From: a virus | Taxonomy: Duplodnaviria > Caudoviricetes | Length of the DNA: 64,000 bases | Virus record (IMG/VR): IMGVR_UViG_3300025066_000007 | Strand: one strand, 5' to 3' | Part shown: positions 44,146 through 55,900 of the stretch, piece after piece | Layout: each line of letters begins with the position of its first letter | Position numbering within the stretch: the first letter of the stretch is position 1 | Translations under genes and position numbers: made by a program | Notes under the pieces: model-generated | What the model was told of the DNA's origin: nothing | Databases searched by the model: none | The model's input: the letters and a program-made list of their open reading frames with translations, nothing else

Positions 44146-44769
44146 TTAGTCCTCGAAGTCGAAGTCGAAATCCTCGCTGTTAGCAGTAGCTGTATCTGCG
44201 CCCTGAGTTGCAGAAGAAGTATCCCAACCCATCTTGGTTGCTACCGCCTCTGGCGTGGAAGGGGAGATTAGCTTCTCTAGGTTGACCCTGTCATTGAAGT
44301 CAACGAATTTACTCTTGAAATCGCTAGATAGCGGCTCCTTCGGATTCGGAGTTACGCTATAAAGCGGCTGCTGACCCTTGGGACCTCTATTGATAGAGAT
44401 GTCATATCCAGTAACCTTGCCCCATTTTGAATTGTTATAAAGCGATTTAATCGAATTATAAATCTGAGGTCCAATCTCCAGAAGCTTGAAGGTATCGTCA
44501 TTTCGATCAAGGATCTTGACGAGCCATCGAGCCTGTCGCTTAAAGCCTGAATCTTCTAGGCGACGAACCAGCTCCGGGTGATTCGCGGGAGAGTTGATCT
44601 TGCTCTTCGCGCCAGCGGGAGTGGTTACCCAATGGATGTAAAACTGAACGGGGTTTCCCATCACTCGTACAACGTTCTCTCCCTCAACTAGCCTTGCAAA
44701 GTCAGACTTCTGACCTGAATCAGAATCTGCAGCGTTCCAATCAACTTCTCCAAAAACCATATTTGACAT
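44146..44769 (-). CDS. Single-stranded DNA-binding protein (gp32/gp2.5-like)
   Basis: GENVVRVM...FKLLEIGPQIY...GYDISINRGPKG...YSVTP; acidic aromatic tail EDFDFDFED. Confidence 0.75.
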   Translation of the reverse strand: MSNMVFGEVDWNAADSDSGQKSDFARLVEGENVVRVMGNPVQFYIHWVTTPAGAKSKINSPANHPELVRRLEDSGFKRQARWLVKILDRNDDTFKLLEIGPQIYNSIKSLYNNSKWGKVTGYDISINRGPKGQQPLYSVTPNPKEPLSSDFKSKFVDFNDRVNLEKLISPSTPEAVATKMGWDTSSATQGADTATANSEDFDFDFED

Positions 44770-44862
44770 ATAAATACTCCTTGTGGTGTTATATTAACAC
44801 TCTTGGCCTTTTGTTTTATTACGCGGTATTGCGTGTTATTTTTTGGCCTTATTATTGTGGAT

Positions 44863-45417
44863 TTATTTTCCCCACTCTATTTCTTCGGATTCTGCTCCAA
44901 AATCATTTGGCCGAGAACTTCCGGGGAAGGTAGAAGTGTCAGCCGCAGAAGCTCCGTAGCCTGCGCTACTTGCAACTTCAATTGAATAATCTCTTTTTAG
45001 GAATGTCTTGAGAGCGTAATGCCAGCCCAAAAAATATCCTGCCTTATTTTCTAGCCACTTTTTTGAAGCCTTAGCTAGAATTAAATTATTGCAAGCTTCT
45101 ATATAATCGTCATCTGCTTGCGCAAACCACTCTTTGTCCTTTGCAGTCTTCAGTCCAGACTTAATTGCCTTGCTTAGGGCGGCATCAGACCAAGCTTTGT
45201 TCTTCAATGACTCAAGATGACCAATCCATCTATCAATCTGGACGATCCTCTCTTGACAAAGATTCTGTCCCTCTAGGGTTCTGAGGAGGCCAACCTCAGC
45301 GATATTAAGGTCAACTACTCCATTTGTAGGAAGCGATGCAGCAACCTCTTCTATGGATTTAATATCTATATTCTGTATAGAGAAATTATCTATTGATAAT
45401 TTATTATGCAGTTTCAT
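44863..45417 (-). CDS. UvsY-like recombination mediator (tentative)
   Basis: All-helical; KTAKDKEWFAQADDDYIEACNNL pattern; next to ssb; start reassigned to ATG 45417. Confidence 0.45.
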   Translation of the reverse strand: MKLHNKLSIDNFSIQNIDIKSIEEVAASLPTNGVVDLNIAEVGLLRTLEGQNLCQERIVQIDRWIGHLESLKNKAWSDAALSKAIKSGLKTAKDKEWFAQADDDYIEACNNLILAKASKKWLENKAGYFLGWHYALKTFLKRDYSIEVASSAGYGASAADTSTFPGSSRPNDFGAESEEIEWGK

Positions 45418-45748
45418 CGTCAGCTCCAAAAATCGTCGCCTCCAGGCGCTCGATCCGTGCATTTAGCTTAGCCACGGATCCCTGAGCGGCAATATTTTCG
45501 CTGACTTTTTTCAGTTCATCGTCTAACATTCTAACTCGTTGGTTCATCATCACATTCAAAATATAGTAAATAATACCAACATTCACCGTGTTATTTACAG
45601 GCGGAGTTACTGATGTTATTATACCATTTTTATCAGTCGTAAACAAGCCTAAAAAGCCTTTGTCTCCAAACTCTTTTACCAAAGATTTATAGTAAAGAAA
45701 CTCAGATTCGCTCAAATCCAATCGCTTATTCCCAACCGCTCTAATCAC
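45404..45748 (-). CDS. Hypothetical protein (GTG start)
   Basis: 114-aa coupled ORF in the replication operon. Confidence 0.6.
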   Translation of the reverse strand: MIRAVGNKRLDLSESEFLYYKSLVKEFGDKGFLGLFTTDKNGIITSVTPPVNNTVNVGIIYYILNVMMNQRVRMLDDELKKVSENIAAQGSVAKLNARIERLEATIFGADDETA

Positions 45749-46238
45749 TTGAAAGTCTCCTTACAAATGTTCCGGGGCTCCTAATCTTGCTTTCTTTGGC
45801 AATTCTCTTTAGCCTTTGAACCTTTAGTTCTGCGTCTAAAAGATCCGGGGATAAAGCCTCATTGGAGAGGGCCTCGACGCGCACCTGATCCCGTATGGCC
45901 TCGTAGGATTCTTCTTCGGTTGGCACGTCGGCCACCGCCTCCGAAGCCTCCTCCGCTGCCTCCGAGCCCTCTGGCGCGGCCTCCTCGTCGTTGGGGACGG
46001 GGGGCTCGATATCAGGCGGAAAGAACTCTACGAGCATAAAAAGAGCTATATCGAAAATATCATCGCTCTCTAGCTTTTCCGAAAATGGCTGATTAACAAG
46101 CCTTTGCCTAAAGAGAGACAGCCTTCTGCTGTGAAGCTCCCCCAGGAGCGCGCCGCCGCAAGCTGGGCAGCAATTCTTTACTAGAGAGTGTCTCATTGAG
46201 GCCTTTACCTCAAATTTGCAGTTTCTGCATTTTATCAT
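45741..46238 (-). CDS. Zn-ribbon hypothetical protein
   Basis: CRNC...CPAC; acidic linker. Confidence 0.65.
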   Translation of the reverse strand: MIKCRNCKFEVKASMRHSLVKNCCPACGGALLGELHSRRLSLFRQRLVNQPFSEKLESDDIFDIALFMLVEFFPPDIEPPVPNDEEAAPEGSEAAEEASEAVADVPTEEESYEAIRDQVRVEALSNEALSPDLLDAELKVQRLKRIAKESKIRSPGTFVRRLSSD

Positions 46239-49200
46239 AGTGATTTTCCATAAACTCTCTCAAGACTAGAGAGAGCAAGATCTTTTTGATCCAAATAATT
46301 ATTTACTTTGCATATTGCCTTAATAGGAGTTCCATCTTTTAGAATGGTACGATATAAGGCATAGTCATCAGCCCAAATAGTCAAACCACAAGTATCTCCG
46401 TTAACATCTTCTACTAAGTATTTTGCGAATTTCTTTCCTATATTTTTACCATTTTTAATTTTAAATTCTTTGATCTTTGTCTTGATAATTGCCTCGATTT
46501 TTAATCGAGCACCATCTCCTTGAGCCGCAACACCTGATAAAGGCGTTACCATTGGACCTCCTGTGAAAAAGTCCTTAAAAACTTCATGCAGACTTCCCGA
46601 CAAAGATCTCCCCATTACTTCTCTCTCTTTTAAAAGAGTCTCCTTTCTATCCCACTCCTCTTCGGAAGTAGTAAATGTAAGTGAGTCCATTATCTCTAAA
46701 AACCGCTTTGAGCCAAGAGGTATGTCAAATTTTGCCGTTAGCTCGGGAATGTTTTCTTTCGGAATTTTTTTCCATGTTGGATTCGCAGCAAGAATATCCT
46801 TTGTAATAGCCTTCTTCAGGGCTGCCTTCATTTTGGTTCTGTATTTTTGGTAATTATCGTGCATATCCATTCTGGTCAGCCCGAAGTCATCAAGAGCGCC
46901 GGCCTTTGCCAAGGATTGAATTACGGTCTTTCCAACTGTGCGGCTATTGTTTCTGGAGACAAAATCAGCAAAGCTCTTATAAGGACGATTTTCCGTGATG
47001 CTCTCTATGGCCTTTTCTCCGAGCCCTTTTACGGCGGAAAGCCCAATTGCTATCGATTTAGCGTTTAGAACGCGATACTCTCCTGCCGACTTATTAACGT
47101 TGGGATGAGTTACGTCAATTTTCATGTTTTTGCATTCAGAGACATACTCCTGCGCCTTGTCGCTATTTGGGTCTTCAGAGTTGATTAGCGCGCACATAAA
47201 CTGCACAGGATAATGACATCTTAGCCAAGCTGTCTGAAAAGATATCTTCGAATAGGATATTGAGTGAGATTTGTTAAAGCTGTACAGGCCAAGAGGCTCA
47301 ATATAATGCTTCCATATTAAGGAGCCTGTTTTGTAATCCATCCCAGAAAAAGACATGCAATCCTTTACGAAATTCGCTTCAGTCCTAAGAACCAGATCTT
47401 CATCCTTGCCCTTTAGCTTGCTGATCTTTCTAAGGGCATCCGCTTGGTTCAGGTCCCATCCGGCACAATCTTGGGCAATAAACATTGCCTGCTCCTCATA
47501 AATTAGGACTCCAAAGGTCTTCTTTAAAGCCCTCTTGAGTTTGGGATGCTCATAAGTCGCCTCTTCCAGCCCAAGCCGACGCTTTGCGTACTTCTTTCTT
47601 TCTGCCGGCAGACAAGATGGTCTTCCAATTGCGTTAATAACAGAGATATCCTCAATGGTTTTTGGCTTTAGCTTTATACAGAATGGGGTCAGAGAAGACT
47701 CAAGCTGAAAAACTCCAAGAGTTTCTCCTCGCCCTAACATCGCATAGACTTTTTGATCGGCAAAGTCTATGTCTTCTGTTGTCAGCTTTTTCCCCGTAGA
47801 GCTCTCGATTAGCTTGAAGGTATTGTCGATAACAGTCAGCGTTTTTAGGCCCAGAAGATCCATCTTAATAAGACCATTGTCTTCACACCTAGTCTTCTCC
47901 CACTGAGTTACGACGTTGTTGTCTCCATCAATTCTCAGAGGGACTGTTTCGTAAAGCGGATTCTCACCGATAACCAAACCTGCGGCGTGAATGGACCAGT
48001 TTCTTGTGAGATTCTGTAGCTTATTTCCATATTGATAAAGCTCGGGGTACTTGCTCATATACGCAGAAAACTGAGGGCTATCCGCCATAGCCTTGTCTAA
48101 GGTTTTTGAATCAGGCATGATAGATGTAATGTTATTTGATATCTTAAATGCCGCCGACTTATCTCCTCCCAGACGAAGGCTTCTGGCTACGTCTTTTATA
48201 ACAACTTTTGGAGACAAAGTACTCCAGTTTGAGATGGAGGCGACCTTATCTTCTCCGTACTTTTCTTTTACGTATTCCTTGACTGCGCCTGGATCCGAAA
48301 AATCTGTATCAATGTCTGGAAAAGATGTCTTCTGATTATTATGAAATCTCTCAAAAATTAAATCGTATTTAATTGGGTCTACGTCTGTAATTCCGGCCAA
48401 ATATGCGACCAAAGAACCGGATGCTGATCCCCTTCCGGCGCCAACGGGCATCTTCTTTTTCGCCCAATTTATGTAGTCTGCAACGATAAGCATGTAGGAA
48501 GAAAAGTTCTTATCCTCCAGAACAGAGAGCTCGACTTTGACACGATCCCAATAGCGCTCTTTTTCCTCTTTTTCTAAGCCGCCAAGCTTATCTTTAAACC
48601 CTTGGATGCACCGATATCTCAGAAGAGCCTTATCCTCAGATAAGGTTGATCTAGTTTTCTTGTACCATGCCGAAAACTCTTTATAGTCCGGCTCTCCATG
48701 CACAGGAAAAGAGGGCAGCCTTGCTCCCTTTGGCTTTATGTAGTGAGGCTCCTCACAAGCCTCCATAATTTTAATTGTATTCTCCATGCCTTTTGACGCT
48801 ACTTTTTGGCCAAAAAAGTCAACTATTTCAGAAGGCTCCTTCAGGTACATATCCTGAACTCCATAGCGGAATCTATCAGGATCGTCAACAGCCTTCTTGT
48901 CCTTGATGGCCAACATGAAGTCGTGATATTTTGCGTGCTCTTTATCTCGATAATGAGCGTCGCATGTTATGACGTATGGAATTCCTAATTCGCTGGATAT
49001 CTTGAGCAAAGATTCGTTTAGCCTAACTTGATTAACCTCTTTTCCATTTTTATTAACAGCGTGTAAAGCGTGCGGCTGCAACTCCAAAAAGAATCTATCA
49101 TTAAAAATAGAGTGAAATCTCTTGACGTATTGCGTGGCAAGCTCTTCGTCTTCTTCTGTTACAAGAGTTTTTCCGATTAGACCATTGCTGCAGGCGGTAA

Positions 49201-49606
49201 GGGCAAAAACGCCCTCATTGTACTTTTCGATATGCTCCCAGGAAATTCTGGGCGTCTTCTTTCCCATGTAGCCAGCAACTTGATTTTGAAATGCCAGATA
49301 ATTTAAAGTTAAGATATTTTTATACCCAACTGCATTTTGAGCAAGAAGAACAAGGTGGTGACTCTTTCTCTCTGAAAGATCATTCGCGAAATAAGCTTCA
49401 ATTCCAGGAATATATTTCACTCCGGTCTTTTGAGACGCAAGATATGCGTCATAACTGGCAGTTAATGTTCCGTGATCTGTTACAGCTACAGCTGGGTGCC
49501 CCACCTCCTTCGCCCTCTTAAAGAGATCGAGTGTATCGTTCATTCCGTCTAGAGGGCTTCCTAGTTCTGTGTGATTGTGAAGCGATACAAATGGTCCTTT
49601 TGACAT
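46235..49606 (-). CDS. dnaE: DNA polymerase III alpha subunit with intact PHP domain
   Basis: SLHNHT...TDHG...DAHY (PHP); GRGSASGSLVAY, RFHN...PDIDTDF, KMDLLGL, GVFQLE, YSFNKSHS. Confidence 0.95.
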   Translation of the reverse strand: MSKGPFVSLHNHTELGSPLDGMNDTLDLFKRAKEVGHPAVAVTDHGTLTASYDAYLASQKTGVKYIPGIEAYFANDLSERKSHHLVLLAQNAVGYKNILTLNYLAFQNQVAGYMGKKTPRISWEHIEKYNEGVFALTACSNGLIGKTLVTEEDEELATQYVKRFHSIFNDRFFLELQPHALHAVNKNGKEVNQVRLNESLLKISSELGIPYVITCDAHYRDKEHAKYHDFMLAIKDKKAVDDPDRFRYGVQDMYLKEPSEIVDFFGQKVASKGMENTIKIMEACEEPHYIKPKGARLPSFPVHGEPDYKEFSAWYKKTRSTLSEDKALLRYRCIQGFKDKLGGLEKEEKERYWDRVKVELSVLEDKNFSSYMLIVADYINWAKKKMPVGAGRGSASGSLVAYLAGITDVDPIKYDLIFERFHNNQKTSFPDIDTDFSDPGAVKEYVKEKYGEDKVASISNWSTLSPKVVIKDVARSLRLGGDKSAAFKISNNITSIMPDSKTLDKAMADSPQFSAYMSKYPELYQYGNKLQNLTRNWSIHAAGLVIGENPLYETVPLRIDGDNNVVTQWEKTRCEDNGLIKMDLLGLKTLTVIDNTFKLIESSTGKKLTTEDIDFADQKVYAMLGRGETLGVFQLESSLTPFCIKLKPKTIEDISVINAIGRPSCLPAERKKYAKRRLGLEEATYEHPKLKRALKKTFGVLIYEEQAMFIAQDCAGWDLNQADALRKISKLKGKDEDLVLRTEANFVKDCMSFSGMDYKTGSLIWKHYIEPLGLYSFNKSHSISYSKISFQTAWLRCHYPVQFMCALINSEDPNSDKAQEYVSECKNMKIDVTHPNVNKSAGEYRVLNAKSIAIGLSAVKGLGEKAIESITENRPYKSFADFVSRNNSRTVGKTVIQSLAKAGALDDFGLTRMDMHDNYQKYRTKMKAALKKAITKDILAANPTWKKIPKENIPELTAKFDIPLGSKRFLEIMDSLTFTTSEEEWDRKETLLKEREVMGRSLSGSLHEVFKDFFTGGPMVTPLSGVAAQGDGARLKIEAIIKTKIKEFKIKNGKNIGKKFAKYLVEDVNGDTCGLTIWADDYALYRTILKDGTPIKAICKVNNYLDQKDLALSSLERVYGKSL

Positions 49607-49616
49607 TTTTCTCCTT

Positions 49617-49663
49617 AAAAAAGATATAGGCGTGGGAGCCGATATGGCCCTCCACGCCTATAT
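49617..49663 (-). terminator. Intrinsic terminator directly before the dnaE RBS
   Basis: 12-bp stem ATATAGGCGTGG...CCACGCCTATAT, then C-TTTTTT-AAGGAG-AAAAATG. Confidence 0.75.
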
Positions 49664-49691
49664 TAGGCACGTTTTTTACTTTGTCCTAAGA

Positions 49692-49988
49692 TTATTCAGA
49701 CACCAAGCTGTGAATATGGTCATAAATTTCATTTACGATATCCATATCAATATCTTGCTTTGCACTACGAAGGGCCTGCGATAGCTCTTTTTTCGGAAGG
49801 CTTTTTGACTTTATATAGTCTGCGGACCACTCTCTTCGGGCTTCTTGCAGATCCTTGATCGAAACCTCATAAACCATATATTGCTTTACATATTCTTTTA
49901 CGTCATCCATTGACCACGTAGTTGAGCCTCCCTCTGATTCGTTGAAAATTCTAACCATACCAGTCGACTCTGTTTCTTCTTCGTTCAT
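49692..49988 (-). CDS. Small dsDNA-binding protein (GapR/T4 DsbA-like, tentative)
   Basis: 98 aa, helical: VKEYVKQY...IKDLQEARREW...LPKKELSQALR; AAGGAG RBS; followed by a terminator. Confidence 0.5.
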   Translation of the reverse strand: MNEEETESTGMVRIFNESEGGSTTWSMDDVKEYVKQYMVYEVSIKDLQEARREWSADYIKSKSLPKKELSQALRSAKQDIDMDIVNEIYDHIHSLVSE

Positions 49989-49997
49989 ATAAGCTCC

Positions 49998-52900
49998 TTA
50001 TTGTACTTCTGTTCCGATGATCAGCTCCCAGGTTCTCCGGAGGCCTTCGCTTACAATAATAGCCTCAGAATACTTGCTCGCCTTTAAAACTTCAGGTTTT
50101 TTGCCAACAGGCCATTGATCGCTAATTTTCGCGTCCTTTCTCAAGGTGTTCTCGACATTTTGAGAGCTATTTTTTTCGAGCTCCCTCTTCTTCTGGTAGG
50201 CTGTAAACTCACTGTAAGCGTCCTCGATTCTATCAGTATAGTACTTGGCGAGGGCCTTCTCTACATTTTTAACACCCATAACTTTCTTCCCCTTTTTTGC
50301 AGCAGAAGGGAGGGTGGGATAAACAGGACCAATAGGCTCTTGATAAACTCCGTATCCAGCAAGGGTTTCTGAATGAAGGGAATAGATCTCTTGCATAGTC
50401 AGGGTTCTATCTGAATCCTTGTCTTGGATCTCAGATAGAACATCTTCAGTAGAATGGGTTGTAGATTTATAGTCATACAGTAAGTTCCTTATCTGCATGT
50501 AAGATCTTTCATCTTCATTACTGCCGCTAACAAAATAGAAATTACCACCAGAAGTGTCTCTCAGCTTATTCCTCATATTCTTGACTTCTGAAGTCTTACC
50601 CTTAATTCTTAGGCCAAGGCTGTTGTAGTCGCCCTCTTCAACTTTCCCCTTTAGATCGGGCTCGTGCCTATTCCCATAAGGATCAAGCAAGATTTCTGGA
50701 TTTTTAACTCCAATCTTATTTGCAATATGGTCAAGTCCGTGACTCTTAATTAAGAAGTCTTTTACGAGAGTCTTAACGTCTGAGTCATATATGTCATCTC
50801 CAAGCAAAATTTGCTGTCCCGCCCACTCTTCAGAGAAGCATTCTAGAGTTAGCATCTTATTTAGCAAAACATAGTTATTCAACGGAATATATATTCCAGA
50901 CGCAACCTCGTATCCTCCGGCCTTTTCTCCGAACCCTATAGGCCCCGTTTCTACTATATCTTTTTTCTTTCTCTGGAAACTCGTTAGACCTGACCCCATA
51001 CTAACATTAAATGGCAACCCACGATACTCGCTAAACAAACTCTTCGTTCTAGCCTTAGCATAGGCCTCCGCTTTCTCTCGACTCTTGACCCCCAACTTGT
51101 CCTTTCTGTCTTGGAAGTCATTATAAACCCTCATTATATTCATCAAAAGGCCATTAGCATACTGCAGAGGTCTTCTCTGCAGCATGTCAGAGATCTCAAT
51201 GACATTTCCCTCAGATATTGCAACCTCTATATTTGCGGTTATAATTGAGAGATCATTGGCTTTGAAATTTTTTGGATCAACTTCTATCGGAATAGAAATT
51301 CCAGTAAAACTAGGGGCGCCGATAGTAGGCGGAACTAAGTTGGCCTCTCCATGCCTGACCTCCTGAGGGCCTATTGCAAATCCACTTGAACTGTTAAATC
51401 CAAATTTATCATTTATAACAGCAGAACCTTCGCTCCCAGACACGACTCTTGTCATTGGGTGATCCAGAAGGCTCAGAAGGCTTTTTGAGGCAATCTTGAG
51501 GCCGACCGTTCGACTAGGAACTCTATACAAAGAGTACTCCGGGCCAATTCCGGCATCTGTCAGCAGCTTGCGATAAACGCCCTCTTCCAAAAGAACCGGA
51601 GCCTCTCCTATGGCACTTCTTAGCTCGTCCTGGCTTGTTGCCGTCATAATTATAATAAAGCCAGCTGCCAAAAACCCATCAAAAGAAGGGTCTATTATTC
51701 CAAACGGATTCTCCTTTCCTTTCTGATCGCAAATTCTAAAAACAGGATGAGTAAACTTATTCTTTTTAAACTCGTAATGCATGGCGCTCCATGTTGGGAC
51801 TGCCATGACCCCCTCCTGTCTGAGGGACTCATGTTCAGCAGAAAGAAAGCCACTTGGAGAAAGCTTTCTTGCATACTTAGAATCTTTCCCCATAAGAATT
51901 TTAGTAACAGGTCGCACACTAAGAATCTTATTTAAGACCAAAGAGGCTTTTGCAGGAAGCAGAGAGAACTCTCGTATTAACGCGTCTTCATCTTCACCTG
52001 CTGCAGATACACCAAGACTTACGACAGGGCCTCCTTCTCTTCTGGGAGTTATCCTGTATATAGTCTCCGTATCTCCTGGCTGAACTACGTATACGGAGCC
52101 ATCCCTTCCCTTCCAGAAAGACCCTAACTCTGGAGCTAGCTTGGAAAGATGAGGGGTGGCCTTACCTCTTACCGGAGGCGTATGTGAGTATCCAAAATCC
52201 TTCAGGAGGCCTGTTATGGAGTCTGCGTTTAAGCCCGCTCCCTCATTCTCTAGTCCATGCGGAAAGCTGACCCTCTGGGTGTCTAGTTCGGCAGAAAGTT
52301 GAGTTCGAATATATTTTATCGCCAAGTCTTGGTGATACTCGTTTAAAGAAGCAGAATTAAGTCCAATTGGAATTTGTTTTATATCAATTTTCAATAAACC
52401 AATATTCGTCATAATTGTGTCAAAAATATCATCCAATGAATCTTCGTCTTCTGGCACTTCGAGAATAACCGGCTCAACGATTGGAGATACAGAGCAATAT
52501 TCGATTATAGACTCGGGCGTCAAAAAGACATCCTCTTCTACTCCTACGAATTCATAATATACATATCTTGGAGATATGTCCCTAAAGTATAGATTATAAA
52601 TTATAGAAAGCTTTTCTGCAATATAATGAGCAGAGGCAGCAGCAGCCACTCTTCCGTAATACTCTCTTCCATATTGCTTAGACAACTTTAAGGTAGTATC
52701 TGCCGATATCAACCCCTTTGTGAGATGTGCAAGATCCTTGTTTTCCGGCCCAATCAACTTGTATAATGCAATCGCTCCAGGGGATTCGAAAACTGAGCTT
52801 TCGAATTTACCATGCTTTCGTCTGCCTGAAATCAAATAGCTTCCAATTGCTCCAATTCCCCGTGCAACTTCACCTTTTGATAGAGTTTTGTCATTATTTA

Positions 52901-55900
52901 TTAAGGAGGATATTTCTTTTAGCAAAGCTTCGAAAACCTTTTCTGTAACCGTTCTTAGAAAATCTTGATCCAAAAAGAATAAAAATCTTTTTTCAGACTC
53001 AAAGCTCTCAAGGAAGCTTGAGAAGTCATATTTGTCAAAAACTGCCCTCCCTGATACTCTGCCTAATAGAGGCTCTAGATATTGATGAGTTGAGCTTATT
53101 TCTTCAAATAAATGATTTCTAGAAAAGTCAATCAGCTGAATGATGGCCTTTTCGAACTCACTCTTATTACCTTTGTATGAGTCTGAAAACGAAACGAGCT
53201 TATCTCCAAGCAATGGCGCTCGAATAACAGAGGATGAAGAAAGCCTTAAAAAATTAGAGCATGAACTAAGCATTTCTGACATAACGCGTGCAATAAATTT
53301 ATTCATTAGATCAAAAATTTGCTCGGAGGCTATACTTTTGGAATCAAGAACTGAGCCATCATCAGCTGAAGCTCTAAAATCAATTCCACCTGTGTCTGCA
53401 TACTTCTTGGCTCTATCAGATGCCTCAAAGCGTATGCCTTTTCCAGTACCTATTCCCATATCTTCAGAGGCTTCGTAGTATTCTTCAAGAATATGTCTTT
53501 TTAAAACTGTTCCGTGGGTCATAGTAACAGTTCCTGCCTCTGAGCTATTCGGGGCACCCCAAGCAAGCTTTACATCTCGCGCTCCCTTCCGAGGAAAGCT
53601 GTACTCTTCTCCGTTATATTCAAACTTTACGTCCTTAGGTCTAAGCCCACGCTTAGACCGTACTTCCGCATATGAGCGACGGGCATCTCTTCTGGTCGTT
53701 TCAGGGACGCCCTTAACAAGGAGGCCTTGATCAACTGCTGCTTTCACAGAAGCCTCGCCAGAGGCTTGGAGAAGCTTGTATAGAGAGTTCTTTGCTAAGA
53801 TGTCTTCTGTAGATGTGCTTCCAGTGCTAGTCCTATGATAGAGTTTGGTTATATCATGTAGGTAATGCTTCGCTCCAAAATGCACAGAGTTGTTTATAGT
53901 AAATTTGTGTCCATGCCTGCACCTCAATACTACCCCGCCGATAATACTTAGATCTTCTGCAGAAAACTTTACGGAAGTAACTCTTTTTGCCGCTCCAGTA
54001 AGACCAAATCTTTTACTGCTTGCTGCCATACGAAGAATAGATGCAAGCTTTTCTGTTCGCTCTGCAGCTTCGACGGATTCTAGGCTGCCGCCTCCGCCTT
54101 CTTCTCCAAGCAAATCTATAAAGAATGCCATATCTGACACATCTACTCCAAGCTTTAGCATGAAATCAATAACGGCCATTCTTCCTTCTGCACTAAGATT
54201 TCCGATAAGAGCACTGAACCCAGCGGGATCGATTGAAGACGCGCTAACCCCCGCCCCGCATACGGGGAATACGGACGTCCCTTCTGGAAGGTTCTTAAAC
54301 CCACCCATACCATCAGACGGAGGAGGGATAATGCCGCTTTCAAAGTCAAATTCATCTATCGCTAATGGGGCCTCGCTAATTGGGCCGGCCAGCGGAGTTA
54401 CCAGATAGAGACCCTCTGCGGCCATTCTATACTTTCTTATAAGAGATTCAAATTCTTCTTTATTTGAAAAAGAAAGATGGGTTGGACATCTAAAATAATT
54501 TTTGGAAAACTTCCATCCGCCACTGCTTTTCGACTTATAGTATCTCCTTATCTTTTCTGCAGTAGCCTCATCTACCTTCTCTTCCTTTACGGCCCGCTCC
54601 AATGCACCATCTAAGCTTGCCTTGCTCCGGTAGACGTTCTTGTCGGAAAAGGAGCTGGCAGCTAGTATTGGGAGGGAGGTCTTATCGGAAGGTGCCGAAC
54701 CATCTATAACTCCGGAGAGATCTACAGAAAATCCACATTGACCAAAGGATTCGCGAGATAGAGAGGAAGCCACCTCTTCATAAGGAAAGGCGCTATTTCT
54801 TCCATCACCTTCTGGGTAAGGGCAGAAGAAGCGTTGGCCCTTTATCGAAATACCTCTTGTAGTCAAAGGTATGCACCCAAGAAATCTCATAGCTTCTGCT
54901 CGCCTCAAAAGCCCCTCTGCCGATTTCTCAAACCTATCCGAAGAAATTAGGTCTTCGATTTCATCCCAAGTCATGCTTTCGTTTGACCTCTTATATATGG
55001 AGCTCCAGGCCTCTTTGATTCTCTTTCCGCCTACTACGGAAATGTAGCTTTTGGGAGGCGCAAATCTAGCCCCTGACGCTCTAATCTTCTCGATAGGGAG
55101 AGGTTCAACTTTTCCAACAACAAGCCTGCCGTCCTTATCCTTTTTAGTCTCCTTCTTAAAGAGAGAGTAAGTTTGCACCTGAATGTCAATCTTGCTCATC
55201 TTGGCTTCAATCGTTTTTCTTTTTCTCTGTTCTTCAGTGCCAGGCTGTTTCTCGAACCCATTGACAATAGTCTTTCCACATACAGTACAGCTTATAAGCT
55301 CAGCCTTAATCTGAGGGACAGACTCCTTTTTTATTGTATAATAAATTCTCTCTTTTCCAATATTAGAGGTTATAAAGCCGCACATTCCTCTTGAGCTAGA
55401 AAAAGATTCTCCTGCCAAATACTCTTTGGCCTTACTCTCTATACTCTTGCGAAAAGCATTATAGATTTTATCGTGAAAAGTTGATGAGAAGCCATACTCA
55501 TACATTTTCTTAATACTCTCTGAGTATTTCTTGCTATACTTAAACTCATCAATTTTCTTCTGGAGAAAGGTGCCTAGGCTAAGATCTGGAAGCGCTATAT
55601 GATATAAAATTGAATATATTGAGGAGAGATAAGGATCCTCTATTAAATGATTCGTCAAGTAGATCTTATCGTCTAGTTTTTCTCCTTGATTTTTTACAAA
55701 AAGATCTCTCATTTTAATAGATGATACAAATCTATCAAAGTTATCTGCTAGATTCTGACGATGAGCCTCTACTCTTTCAACTGTATCACGATCCCCATGC
55801 TTCTCATTGTTACGAGTATAGTCCGACCATTCTTTCGCTTTTTCTTCGAAACTTTTTAACTCTACTTTTATGCCAGATAGCAACTCATTTGTATATTCAG

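Noticed and set aside
39608-49606. Bacterial chromosomal origin of the dnaE/recA/groEL/dnaG block
   Set aside because: Gene order is not bacterial (no groES, recX or rpoD operons), the genes are interleaved with phage-type SSB and orphans, and the block is continuous and co-oriented with terminase, portal and capsid genes
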